Below, one piece after another: positions 20,301 to 31,130 of a stretch of 42,187 nucleotides of DNA (position 1 is the first letter of the stretch; the number at the start of each line of letters is the position of its first letter). Where the stretch lies: NCBI GenBank assembly GCA_937906635.1, contig CALCYP010000036.1, positions 1 through 42,187 on the forward strand, read 5' to 3'. This stretch comes from an uncultured bacterium. GTDB taxonomy: Bacteria > Patescibacteriota > Gracilibacteria > Absconditabacterales > Absconditicoccaceae. The position numbers and the translations under genes are program-made. A model generated the notes under the pieces. It searched no databases, had not been told where the DNA came from, and saw only the letters and a program-made list of their open reading frames with translations.

Positions 20301-21269
20301 ATGGATATAGGAAGTTTTTTGTATCAAAAAAAAGAGAAAAAAGCAAAAAATATTCGGTTAATAGTAACCACGATCATAATACTATCCTTTTTGATTGGGA
20401 TTATCCTATTGAATAGGACAGATACTAGACAAAACTTTGACTATTTTATTTGAGAAAAAATTTCTACTGAGTGAAAGATTTTTTATGATAATAATTACCC
20501 TACCAACACACACAAACTAGTAAATGAAAAGGAATCTTTCTGATTAAAAGATAATAAAATCAATTTGAATAATTTTTTGGATACAGATGTAATAATTGAT
20601 GGTAATATAAATGAAATTACACAAAAATATCCAATACTTACCATATCAAAGCTAAAAATTCCTTCTTATAAATTATCTATATCAGATAACAAATATTTTT
20701 ACACAAAAGATTTAATTTCGTTTGATTTTGAAAAAGATATTGATGTTTATTCGAATAAAATTGGTGGACAAATAATAATATATTATAAAGAAGAACCTAT
20801 GTTGTATGTAGATACATTTATTTGTAGCAATGTGACAGAAATACAAAATTGTGAAAAAATGAAAATGAATTATATCTTAGATTTATCAGAGACATTTGTA
20901 TCTACACTATGATATACTTTTTACAAAAACAATGAAAATTCTTGGGTCGCATTTAACGATGATAATATTTGATACATTTTTAAGGCAAATAGTGATGATG
21001 ATTTATTAAATTTATCTCATTTTATATATATCGTAGATTCCAAGTTTTTATCTGTAAATAAAGATGATTTGATATTATCTGGATGCTCCAATGAGAATAT
21101 AAAAATGGAAAAAATTTCGGAAATAACGAAATGAATATTAGATGATAATTTAATTAAGGTCTCTGTTTATTGAACCGATGTACAAAAAAATAAAATAATA
21201 TGTAAATTAAATATCGATATATTTGATGATTGGAATATAATAAATTCTTCTATTTCGCTCTCTGATTAA
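20301..21269 (+). CDS. Hypothetical N-terminally membrane-anchored protein, 322 aa
   Basis: TM segment LIVTTIIILSFLIGIILL, with the rest Asn/Asp/Lys-rich. It has 7 in-frame TGAs. I recognise no family. Confidence 0.7.
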
Positions 21270-21298
21270 AAAAAATGTGAATCGAATATTGATTCACA
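21268..21298 (-). terminator. Hairpin terminator, with the T run on the minus strand (serves greA)
   Basis: tgtgaatc-gaatatt-gattcaca is preceded on the plus strand by A8. Confidence 0.6.
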
Positions 21299-21326
21299 CT
21301 TCTCGTATTATTTTGCTTTGTAATAA

Positions 21327-21821
21327 TTAGCTTACTTCTATTATTTTTATATTTTTCCTATCATTTCAGAGTCTCATTTTTACCTCGTCTCCAGCCTTGT
21401 GTCACTTAATTGCTAATCATACTGGTGAATCTAAAGATATCAAAAGATCATCTTTTGTCCCATCATTTATTTTTACCTCTCAAGTACCTACTATAGTACA
21501 TGTATACAAATCTTTGTCTCACTGTATTTCCAAAAGGACTTTTGATCCGTATCATATTGTACCTTTTCATGAAGTTTTTTCTTCTTCGATAATTTCAGCA
21601 TTTGCAAGTAATTTTTCTAATTCTGCAATCTTTGAATTAACAAAATCCTTGTCTTCCATGGCTGACTTATACTCAAAGTTTTCTGACAAGTCTCATTGAG
21701 CTTTAGCTTCTGCTAATTTCTCCAAAATGTCTGGAAGTTTTTCTTCACGAAGTTCTTTTAGTTCCGCTACTAGCTTATCATATCACTCTCTGGTTATATA
21801 ATTTTTTTTAGAATCTTTCAT
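21327..21821 (-). CDS. greA: Transcription elongation factor GreA, 164 aa
   Basis: Reads ITREGYDKLVAELKELREEKLPDILEKLAEAKAQGDLSENFEYKSAMEDKDFVNSKIAELEKLL, with a C-terminal SPVGLAIKGHKAGDEV. Confidence 0.92.
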
Positions 21822-21849
21822 TTTGTAATAAATAAATTATTGTATAAAA

Positions 21850-22161
21850 TTATTTAGATAATGCTCTCGATTTGAAATTATCAAAAGCATGATTTACCAA
21901 ATCTGACAATATTTCAAAACCTTTACGAGAATAATCTAATGCATTTCCATCATATTCAAATTTAAAATCTCAATCGTATCAATTTGATACTTTCGATACT
22001 GAAATTCTGATTGTGACATCTACATTTTCTCATTTTGCATAAATCTTTTTTAGTGTAGAAGACATCTTCTGATTTAAGTTTTTTTCCACAATTGATTTCA
22101 AATCTTCTGTCATAACTTCAGTCAAACCATTTAGATTGTAGATTACATTTGGTTTTTGCAT
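21850..22161 (-). CDS. Putative ribosome hibernation factor (HPF/RaiA-like), 103 aa
   Basis: Size and pattern are suggestive: an N-terminal beta strand, LTEVMTEDLKSIVEKNL, and a C-terminal helix FEILSDLVNHAFDNFKSRA. The sequence similarity is weak. Confidence 0.5.
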
Positions 22162-22242
22162 ATTGAAATATTTATGTTATAAAAAGTGTAATACACTCAC
22201 TTTTAGGATAAAGAAAATGATAGAAAAATCAATACGAATAAT

Positions 22243-22737
22243 TTACAATAAATCCATAAAATCTTTTTTTACATCATTTTTTTTCTTTTTCTCATGTAAT
22301 GTATTATATCACTTCCTATATACTTCTCTTAGATCTGTATAATATATCAAATTTAATATTTCAGAAATAGTAGCCCATTTATAGACTCACAAATATCATT
22401 CAACTGGCTTAATATCAACTAAATCTTGTGCTCAATCATATTTCATAAGGAAATATGTAATTTCTTTATCAAATTTTCAATTTTTGTCCTCCAATCACAA
22501 AATTTTAGCTGTTCAAAGATTTTGAACAACGCTCAAAAGATTGATAGGAATTCATGTTTCTTCTGACACTTCTCTCAAAGCTGCCCTTTCATAATTTTCT
22601 CAATCTTGTAACTTTCATTTTGGAGCTACTCGTTCTACTTTTCAAGACACTGCATGCCTTTTTATTACTAGAAATCTTGGCTCTCAAGCTTCATCATAGT
22701 AATAAATAATTCATCAAGCACTCTTTACCAATTTCAT
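22243..22737 (-). CDS. NUDIX hydrolase, 164 aa
   Basis: Nudix box PKGKLQDGENYERAALREVSEETGI. Confidence 0.85.
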
Positions 22738-22739
22738 GG

Positions 22740-22840
22740 AAAATTTTTATAGAATAAAAATTTTTTAGCGGATAGCTTATAGCTCATAGCCAATAGCATA
22801 TGGATTTTCCGCTATCTGCTATCAGTCATTAGCTATTATC
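22740..22840. repeat. Inverted heptamer arms plus AT palindrome (composite intergenic module)
   Basis: Palindrome aaaatttttat-aga-ataaaaatttt (22740-22764) sits flush with the NUDIX start. The arms read agcggat agcttat agctcat agccaat agcatat and gctatct gctatca gtcatta gctatta. The array overlaps the stop codon of the upstream minus-strand gene. Confidence 0.85.
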
Positions 22841-23356
22841 CTTTTCAGTTCACATAATCCAATTTACAATTTTTAACAACGATCTTGCCACAGAATTCTC
22901 TTCTTGTTTCCAATTTTTTATCTCGTTTTCTATCTTTGTCGCTGATTTTGCTACTTCTCTAACAATATCTGGTGAACGTTTTCCAAATCTTTCACTATTA
23001 AACAATCTCTCTCTAAGCTCTGCTTCTCATGGCTGTTCTATATCATTTTTTAGCTCTTGTTTTCATATTTCAAAAAATTTATTTAATTCTTCTTTTGTCT
23101 TATCATCTGAATCTTGTAACTCCAATCATTCTTGCATATCTAAATTCAAATTATCAAGTGTTGAATCAATTGCCGAATCTTTTAAGTCTTCAGCCTTTCT
23201 CCTTATTTCTTCTTTTACTTGTATTTCATCAACATGTTTTTTTCATTCAAGAAAATTTTTAATTGATTCCCATTTCTCTTTAAACCAATTGGTATTCTTT
23301 TTTTCAATATTATTTCACTGATTTTCTTTATTTTGATTATTCTCGAAATTATTCAT
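22829..23356 (-). CDS. Hypothetical coiled-coil protein, 175 aa
   Basis: Open with TGA = Gly and rich in Glu/Lys/Asn. It does not look like GrpE. Confidence 0.65.
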
Positions 23357-23379
23357 TATTAATTATTAATTCTTAATTA

Positions 23380-24048
23380 TTAATTCCCTATCATTTCGAC
23401 TACTTTATTTAATATTGCTACGTTTCTCTTGTAGTCTACTCTAGTATGTCATACTATACAAACTAATCATTCGTATTCTTCAACAACAATTTTTGCATAA
23501 AGACATGAAACTACGACATTTTTGTCTTCGATGAATGTGTAATAAACTTTATTTTTTTTCAACATCTTTGCATCCAAATGTTTTACTATATTTTTTGATT
23601 CGATGAGGTCGACAATGTATCTTGTGGTATCATATTCAGATACTAAATCTGCTCTCAGGACATTATTCATACCAAGGTAATAATATTCATCATTTCTCAA
23701 AAATCATACTACAACTCCATCTGCTACTGCTCATAGATTCTCAACAAGATATTTCAATCATTTCCTGGCATTTTCCAAATCAATATCTTGTTCTTCTAAT
23801 TCCGATTCCATATAATTTTCTATGTATGCAGAGAGTCCTGAAACTGTAGGTACCCTACCAGAGCTATTGTACGGCTGATAAACAAATCATGATTTTTCCA
23901 GCAAATTCAAATATTTTCTCAGTGTAGAAGGTGCATATTCTACATTTTCCAGAGAATTTAATGATTTGGATCACACAGGATCTCAACTGGAAATATATTG
24001 ATCTACTACTAGATCCAAAAGTGCCAATAATTTATCGTCTTTTTTCAT
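23380..24048 (-). CDS. hrcA: Heat-inducible transcription repressor HrcA (short form), 222 aa
   Basis: N-terminal wHTH reads LLALLDLVVDQYISSGDPVGSKSL...STLRKYLNLLEKSGFVYQPYNSSGRVPTVSG. Confidence 0.85.
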
Positions 24049-24135
24049 TTAATTTCGCTGAAAAATAAATGAGACACAGTATCATTGCTTTTAATATATT
24101 GATTATTTCAAAAAAAACAAGAAAATTTAAAAAAA

Positions 24136-24160
24136 GTTATTAGCAAAGAAATCTAATAAC
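24136..24160. promoter_or_regulatory. Perfect inverted repeat GTTATTAG-N9-CTAATAAC upstream of hrcA (candidate operator)
   Basis: Direct reading. It has CIRCE-like geometry (9-nt spacer) but not the CIRCE sequence, and lies 88-112 bp upstream of the hrcA ATG. Confidence 0.3.
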
Positions 24161-24183
24161 CAATATATCATATATTTCACTTT

Positions 24184-24645
24184 TTATTTATCTATTCCAA
24201 CAAGTTCTTTATTCCACATAATTTGATCAATTGAAAGTCTGACTGGTGTCGCATTACAAAATTCGTCTATTGTAAGCAAAAGAAATCATTTTATTCATTG
24301 CATAATACTCATGAAAGTATAGTTATTTTCTACTATTGTATGCTTTAGTCTCTGCTCTCATACTATATCTAATCATTTATTTGATAAATAATATCTCAAA
24401 TCATGTGCTCAAATATCAATATCTTCAATTGATTCACAGTATAAGTCATCAATTTGCTTTGTATTTTTTTGATCCAAAAAAGATAAATAATCATCCAAAA
24501 CTTCTATATTTTTCAAAATATTATTTAATTTGTAGTAATGAAAATACTGCAAAGATTTTTCGATCTCTTCTTTTAGATATCAGGCAATATCTAGAGAATG
24601 AATATTTTCAAGTATTTGGGATTTAATTATTTCTTTTTTTCACAT
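24184..24645 (-). CDS. Hypothetical protein, 153 aa
   Basis: Open with TGA = Gly. It starts 13 nt after the ftsE stop and has no TM segments, so it is not FtsX-like. Confidence 0.65.
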
Positions 24646-24657
24646 GATGTATTGCAA

Positions 24658-25329
24658 TTAAAGTTTAAATAAATTGATTTCTGTATTTTTTTTGAGGTAG
24701 TTCAAAAGATGTATATCGTGTGTAAATAACAGTACTGTCTTTCATTCCTTATTTAATCTCATCAATACATCAGCAACCTTTTGTGTATTATCTCGGTCCA
24801 AATTTCCAGTAGGCTCATCAGCTATAATCAATTCTGGATCATGAATTATTGCTCTGGCAATATTTACAAATTGTTTTTCTCCACCACTCAATTTCTTTAC
24901 TGGTCTATCCTCGAATGGGATTAAATTCAATTCTTTTCTAATCCTATTGTATTTGGCCTCTATAGTAGCTTCTCACATTCAATAAATTTTCAATGGATAT
25001 ATGATATTTTCTTTTACTGTCATATAATCGATTAATTTATAATCTTGGAAAACTAATCATAATTTCCTCCTATATAACTGAACTTCATCATCTGTATAAG
25101 TTGAAATATCTTTCATCTTGTAATAAATAGTATCCTTTGCAGACTTGATTTTACGAGTCAAAAATTTTGAAAAAACCGTTTTTCCAGATCCTGATTTTCA
25201 CATCAAAATCGTAAAATCTCATTTGTACAAAGCAAATGAAAATTTATTGAAAAGCAATTCGGGAGAGTCTCCAAATCACCAAGTCAATTCATCTACATTT
25301 ATCAATAAATTGTGTTCTTTTTTTGCCAT
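24658..25329 (-). CDS. ftsE: Cell-division ABC ATPase FtsE-like, 223 aa
   Basis: P-loop LMGKSGSGKT with the first Gly encoded by TGA. Other motifs: [35 protein letters not shown]. Confidence 0.88.
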
Positions 25330-25577
25330 TGGTAAACAATTTACAAAATAAATCATAAAATAATATTACACAAAAAGAAAAAATAAAGCAAAAAAATATA
25401 GATATTGAAATGATTTTTATTTGACAAAATTAAATTTTTTTGATGAAATATTGATTATTTTGTTATTTTATACCCAAACACTAAACTTATTTCCCTATTG
25501 AAAAAGATGAGAAAAAAGATATTTATAAAATAGTGGTTTTTGCATCACATGTATTTTTATTGAGTTAAAATAACATC

Positions 25578-26594
<1,017 letters not shown>

Positions 26595-26599
26595 TTTTG

Positions 26600-26707
26600 T
26601 TCCCCTTTAAGAAAGTAGGGGATACCGGCAAAGCCGGAGGGGATTTTTATATTATATATTTTGAAAAAATCCTCCGCCCTTTGGGCACCTCCTTTGAGTA
26701 AAGGAGG
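26600..26707. repeat. Composite GC-rich multi-hairpin element
   Basis: Five hairpins: cccc...gggg, ccggc-aaa-gccgg, ggaggggattttt...aaaaaatcctcc, gccc-ttt-gggc and cctccttt-gagt-aaaggagg. It shares hairpin types with 5483-5589. Confidence 0.75.
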
Positions 26708-26733
26708 ACATTTATTCTTAATTAATTATTACT

Positions 26734-27624
26734 ATGCACGAACATCATCACCATCATCACGAAAGTACAAAATGAATCTGAACTGCTTTTTTTCTAAATT
26801 TATGCTTCGCTATCATTGAATGAATTGGTGGAGTTTGGACAAATAGTATTGCTATAGTTTCAGATGCAATACATGACTTGGGAGATAGCTTGGCTATAGG
26901 TCTGGCCTATATTTTTGAAAAAATATCAAAGAAAAAAGCAAATGAAAAGTACACATATTGATATGCTAGATTTTCTATATTAGGAGCACTGATTACTGTT
27001 TTGATTTTAATTATCGGAAGTTTTTTCATTTTAAAAAATGCAATAGCAAGGTTTAACAATCCAAGCGAAATAAATTCTGTTTGAATGCTGATTTTAGCTG
27101 TGATAGGACTTTTGATAAACTGATTTGCTGCACGAAAAACTGCAAAGTGAGAATGATTGAACGAAAAAGCGATAACATTACACTTATTGGAAGATGTACT
27201 TGGACGAGCTGCTGTGTTAGTTTGATCTGTCTTAATCTATTTCTTTCATCGAAATTTCGTTGACCCTCTACTCTCTATATGAATCTGTATATTTATTTTA
27301 ATCAATGCTTGTAAACTCATGAAATGAGTCGTTGATATATTTTTGGAAAAGACCCCAGAATGAATCACTCATGATGAAGTACTGAAAGAGATTAAAGAAT
27401 TGGACGGAATTTTGGATATCCATCATATCCATTTGTGGACTTTGGATGGAAATAGAAATTATATCACAATTCATGCTCTAATCGACAAAAAACTATCTGT
27501 ACCAAAAATAATTGCTTTGAAAAAGGCTATAAAAGATGCTTTGAAAAAGCAAAATATTTCTCACTGTGTGATTGAATTTGAATGGGAAGATGAAAAATGT
27601 GAAGAAGGAGATTTCTGTGAATAA
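26734..27624 (+). CDS. Cation diffusion facilitator (CzcD/ZitB-type metal exporter), 296 aa
   Basis: N-terminal His run MHEHHHHHHE. Motifs seen: AIVSDAIHDLGDSLA, HLLEDVLG, IHHIHLWTLDG. Confidence 0.88.
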
Positions 27625-27650
27625 AAAAACCTGTCAAATGACAGGCTTTA
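27624..27650. terminator. Bidirectional hairpin between convergent genes
   Basis: A7-cctgtc-aaat-gacagg. The T run reads on the minus strand. Confidence 0.55.
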
Positions 27651-27666
27651 ATGATATATGTATATT

Positions 27667-28464
27667 TTATTTTTCTTTTTTCACTAATGAATCTACGTAT
27701 TCTTTTGTGTATGTTTCATCATCAGTAACTTTTCTAATGAAAGCATAAACTGATTCAGGATAGTCTCCACTTAAGAAACGGTCATCATAATACGATCTTG
27801 AGAATTCACTACGCATCATATTGGCAATTACTGAAGCTCCACATCACAAATGTCCATTTTTCATACCAGGGAATAATTTAACTTTTTCTGGGAATTGTTT
27901 ATCAATATCGTCAAAAGAAAAATTACATCCAAGTTTTATAAGCTCATCAACCAATTGATCGTGTTCCATATCTGGATGTTCTGCAATAAATTTAAGACCA
28001 GCTACTACGTTTTCTTTTGTAATTTTAACTTCTTCTAGTCATTCTCTACTCTCATCAATTTTTTTCACATATCATTCTTCCCTTTTTCTCCTTTGTTCTT
28101 CAGATATTCTATATGCTTCTGCTTGTTTTCTTGATCTTTCTTCATCTTCTGCTTTTGTCATTCACCAGCATTTTATATATGCATCATCCATAGAATTAAT
28201 ATCAACTGAATAAAGCTTTTTTCAATTAAAGTTTATAAAGCAGTTTAAGCCTTCAGCTTTTTTCTTCAATAAAATATTAACCGCATCATCAAATCTAGTT
28301 CATGCGCTTAAATTAATTTCTTCAGTATCGGCTTTCATTGTATCAACATCTTGTAAATTTTTCGAGATTTCTGCCTTTTTTGGTCAAGTAATTGAATCAA
28401 TAATTTCTTCTGTTCTGTTAATTTTCCCCTCATTTGGTCAAGTTGGTAAGTTTTCTTCTGCCAT
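27667..28464 (-). CDS. Hypothetical protein, 265 aa
   Basis: Open with TGA = Gly and acidic or coiled in the middle. I recognise no family. Confidence 0.65.
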
Positions 28465-28507
28465 TTTTATTAAATTATAATATAAAATTTGTTATAATAA
28501 CAACATA

Positions 28508-28536
28508 ATTATATCCAAAAAAAAAAAACTTGTCAA
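28508..28536 (-). promoter_or_regulatory. Consensus sigma70 promoter for the 28464 gene
   Basis: On the minus strand: TTGACA (28536-28531), 17-nt spacer, TATAAT (28513-28508). Confidence 0.6.
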
Positions 28537-28560
28537 ATTTTTGGCCACTTTTTTATCGCG

Positions 28561-28587
28561 GTCAGAACTGGTGTTTCAGACTTTTTT
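28561..28587 (+). terminator. Terminator-like hairpin T0
   Basis: gtcagaa-ctggtgt-ttcagac (one mismatch) followed by T6. Confidence 0.35.
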
Positions 28588-28629
28588 GAAAAAAGTGCAT
28601 TTTTTTGAAAAATTTTTTTTGAAAATTTT

Positions 28630-28702
28630 GTCATTTCGAACGCAGTGAGAAATCCACATAAATGTATACTGGATTTCTCGTCGTTTTACTCCTCGAAATG
28701 AC
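28630..28702. repeat. Nested inverted-repeat (MITE-like) element
   Basis: Outer inverted repeat gtcatttcga ... tcgaaatgac and inner hairpin gagaaatcca...tggatttctc. A solo left end (gtcatttcgaacg) follows at 28713. Confidence 0.75.
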
Positions 28703-28979
28703 ACCTTTCTCAGTCATTTCGAACGCTTTCTGTCCCCCTTACGAAGACGAAAGATTCCGATTTATCGGAAGGGGATAAAGGGGGTTTAAATCAACCTCCC
28801 CAACCACTCTTCGCGAAGGAGTGGATTTTTCTTTCTTCATATATTTAATTTTATTAAAAAAAACAAATAAAACAAATTTTATTATATTTTATCTCGAATT
28901 TGTCTTGACTTTTAATATCAAATTCATACAGTATATGCTGTATACATACCAAATATATTCTTTGCCATTTTATTTTTTT

Positions 28980-29013
28980 AGAGCCGGCTGAATTTCTTGC
29001 CGGCTCTTTTTTT
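28980..29013 (+). terminator. Intrinsic terminator A of the array
   Basis: agagccggc-tgaatttctt-gccggctct followed by T6. TTGACT lies at 28904-28909 upstream. Confidence 0.7.
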
Positions 29014-29108
29014 GTTTGATTTTTGTAAACTTTTCATTAAGATTTAGATTGAGATAAGTTATCTGCTTTTCTCTTTATTTTTGTTGGTATAAATAGTTAA
29101 TTGTAGAA

Positions 29109-29138
29109 AGGAGTCTTCGTATTTGTGGACTCCTTTTT
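29109..29138 (+). terminator. Intrinsic terminator B of the array
   Basis: aggagtc-N12-gactcct followed by a T run. Confidence 0.65.
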
Positions 29139-29227
29139 ATCGCTTGATTTTTTAGAATATATAGTTATACTCTTGTTAGACAACAAAATTAATTTTTTCA
29201 TTTTTATTTAGATTTTTGTTTTTTAAT

Positions 29228-29255
29228 GGGGCTATTATTATAGCTCCATTTTTTT
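29228..29255 (+). terminator. Intrinsic terminator C of the array
   Basis: ggggcta-ttatta-tagctcc followed by aT7. It is preceded by TTGATT-16-TATACT (29144-29171). Confidence 0.6.
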
Positions 29256-29365
29256 ATAAAAATATTTTCAAAAAAAGTATTGCAATTAAAAGAAAATTCC
29301 ACATATTGTATTTTGTTAAGGAGACTTTCTTCATAATTGTTTTGGTTAGTAATTTATTAGTGGAG

Positions 29366-29397
29366 GAGCCATTGCATGTCTTTGGCTCTTTTTTTTA
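29366..29397 (+). terminator. Intrinsic terminator D of the array
   Basis: gagcca-N11-tggctc followed by T9. It is preceded by a TTGCAA box (29280-29285). Confidence 0.65.
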
Positions 29398-29490
29398 TTT
29401 GTGTCAAATTTTTCAAAAAATCTTGAAATATGTTTTCTAATTTGTAGAAGTGAAGTGAAAGAATTTCTTTCTTCATAATGAGGTTTGAGT

Positions 29491-29520
29491 GGAGCCACAA
29501 TTTAGTGGCTCCTTTTTTTT
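29491..29520 (+). terminator. Intrinsic terminator E of the array
   Basis: ggagccac-aattta-gtggctcc followed by T8. The comEC stop codon (29502-29504, minus strand) lies in its loop. Confidence 0.7.
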
Positions 29521-31103
29521 GAAATTTCTTTTAATATGACTCGTAAAATAAACAAAATCAATAACACATACACAATCCAAGCTCAATTTGCATGTAGATA
29601 AATTCCAAATTTTGCTGTTGTTCATGAAATTCGATAGATATAGTCAATTAGCCATTTTTCTGGCAATATGAAAATATTTCGTGGTAAGATATTAAACAAA
29701 ATCGTACTGATAAACCCATAAATCATCACTATTGCTATGATTGGACTCACGAAAAAATTTGCCACAATTCACAAAAGATTTGTTCATCACATGAAAAATA
29801 GCATGATTGGTAGTACTCACAATGTCGCTCAGAGTGTTGGTTCAATATAATCTTTTGCACAATTTCTGATAAATTTTTGAAACTTTTCTTTGAAAGATTT
29901 TTTTTCTTTTTTCAAAGATTTTTTTATGACTCCTTTTTCAGAGTCTTTTTCGGCTCTCTTTTCTGCAAATTCCTTATTCAATTTATCCACGAAAGCTGAA
30001 AAATATACAATTCAAATTATTGCTGAGAAACTGAGCAAAAATCACACATCATATGCCAAAAAATATGGATTCACCAACAACATAATCACAAAAGCGGTTC
30101 ACATGGCTCTCCGTATATCGATTTCCCTTCATCGAAACAATGCCAAAAGCGACAAGCTTCACATTATCGCCGCTCTAAATACTGAGCTATCAAGCCCACA
30201 AATCAAAGAATATACAATTACAGTCAAAAGTATGATAGCATTCCTGGGATAAAATGGAATGAAAAATAATATTGCAGACAGAAAAACCACAATCATCACG
30301 ATATTTCATCCACTGACTGCAATTATGTGCACCAGTCACGAATCGATGAAAGTTTGATAATCATCACTTGGAATTTGTGATCTATCTCATACGAGCATTC
30401 CCAATACCAATCAAGCTTGTGGAGTCTCTCAGTATGCTGAAATTATCATGTCTTGTAAATTTTTTCTGATTTTTTGGATGAACGAAATTTTTGTTTCAGT
30501 ATCGTCATTTTTCACAGAATTTTGTTCATAAATAGTTCAATAATATCATTTCATCATTTCCCGTTTGGGATAGTTGAATTCATATTGAAAAATTGACTGA
30601 AAATCTGGTTTTGTTTTGAAAACTTCAAGCTGTTTCCTCAAATTAAAAATATCTTTTGCTCAAGTATAACCAAACGAGACATATCAGTTTAATCGAATTT
30701 CATCTCAGATTTTGTATGATTTTTCAGATTTCAAAAAATATTCACGACCTCATCCATCTTGGAAAATATATTTTTGATAAGAGTAAATATCCGAAATAAT
30801 TCATGTTCATATGAAATACGATCATTGCGGTCATTCCATATTTTCTGTAATCAATCATGTCGATGTGGAAATAGTCTGGACTTTTTTATCATACCTATAA
30901 ACTTTGACAAAAATTGAAGACAATGACAGTACAAAAGCGAGAGAAATTATTCATATTTTTTGCCAAATTTTTCATTTTTTCGTAAAAAAAGTCACAATTA
31001 CCGTTCAAATCAAAAGCAAAAATAAAGCTATCATCGCCAAAAAAAGATTTTCAGTGATAGTGAGTATTATCGTAAATATTGCTAATGAGACAATGAATAG
31101 CAT
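29502..31103 (-). CDS. comEC: DNA internalisation channel ComEC/Rec2 (no metallo-beta-lactamase domain), 533 aa
   Basis: N-terminal TMs and an OB-like segment GDEIRLNGYVSFGY. The competence-domain core reads GLVLGMLVGDRSQIPSDDYQTFIDSGLVHIIAVSGGNI. A Lys/Glu-rich insert occurs before the last TMs. Confidence 0.85.
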
Positions 31104-31130
31104 ATATTTAAATTAGGTAAATAATATGTC

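Noticed and set aside
26600-26733. A metal (NiCo/czcD-type) riboswitch upstream of the CDF exporter.
   Set aside because: The same hairpin types occur at the tex 3' end and elsewhere, with no link to metal genes. I cannot see a conserved riboswitch core. A covariance-model scan would be needed to revive this idea.
29890-30252. A plus-strand 120-aa ORF, together with 30904-31116.
   Set aside because: They are antisense to comEC. The minus-strand frame contains the ComEC competence-domain signature.
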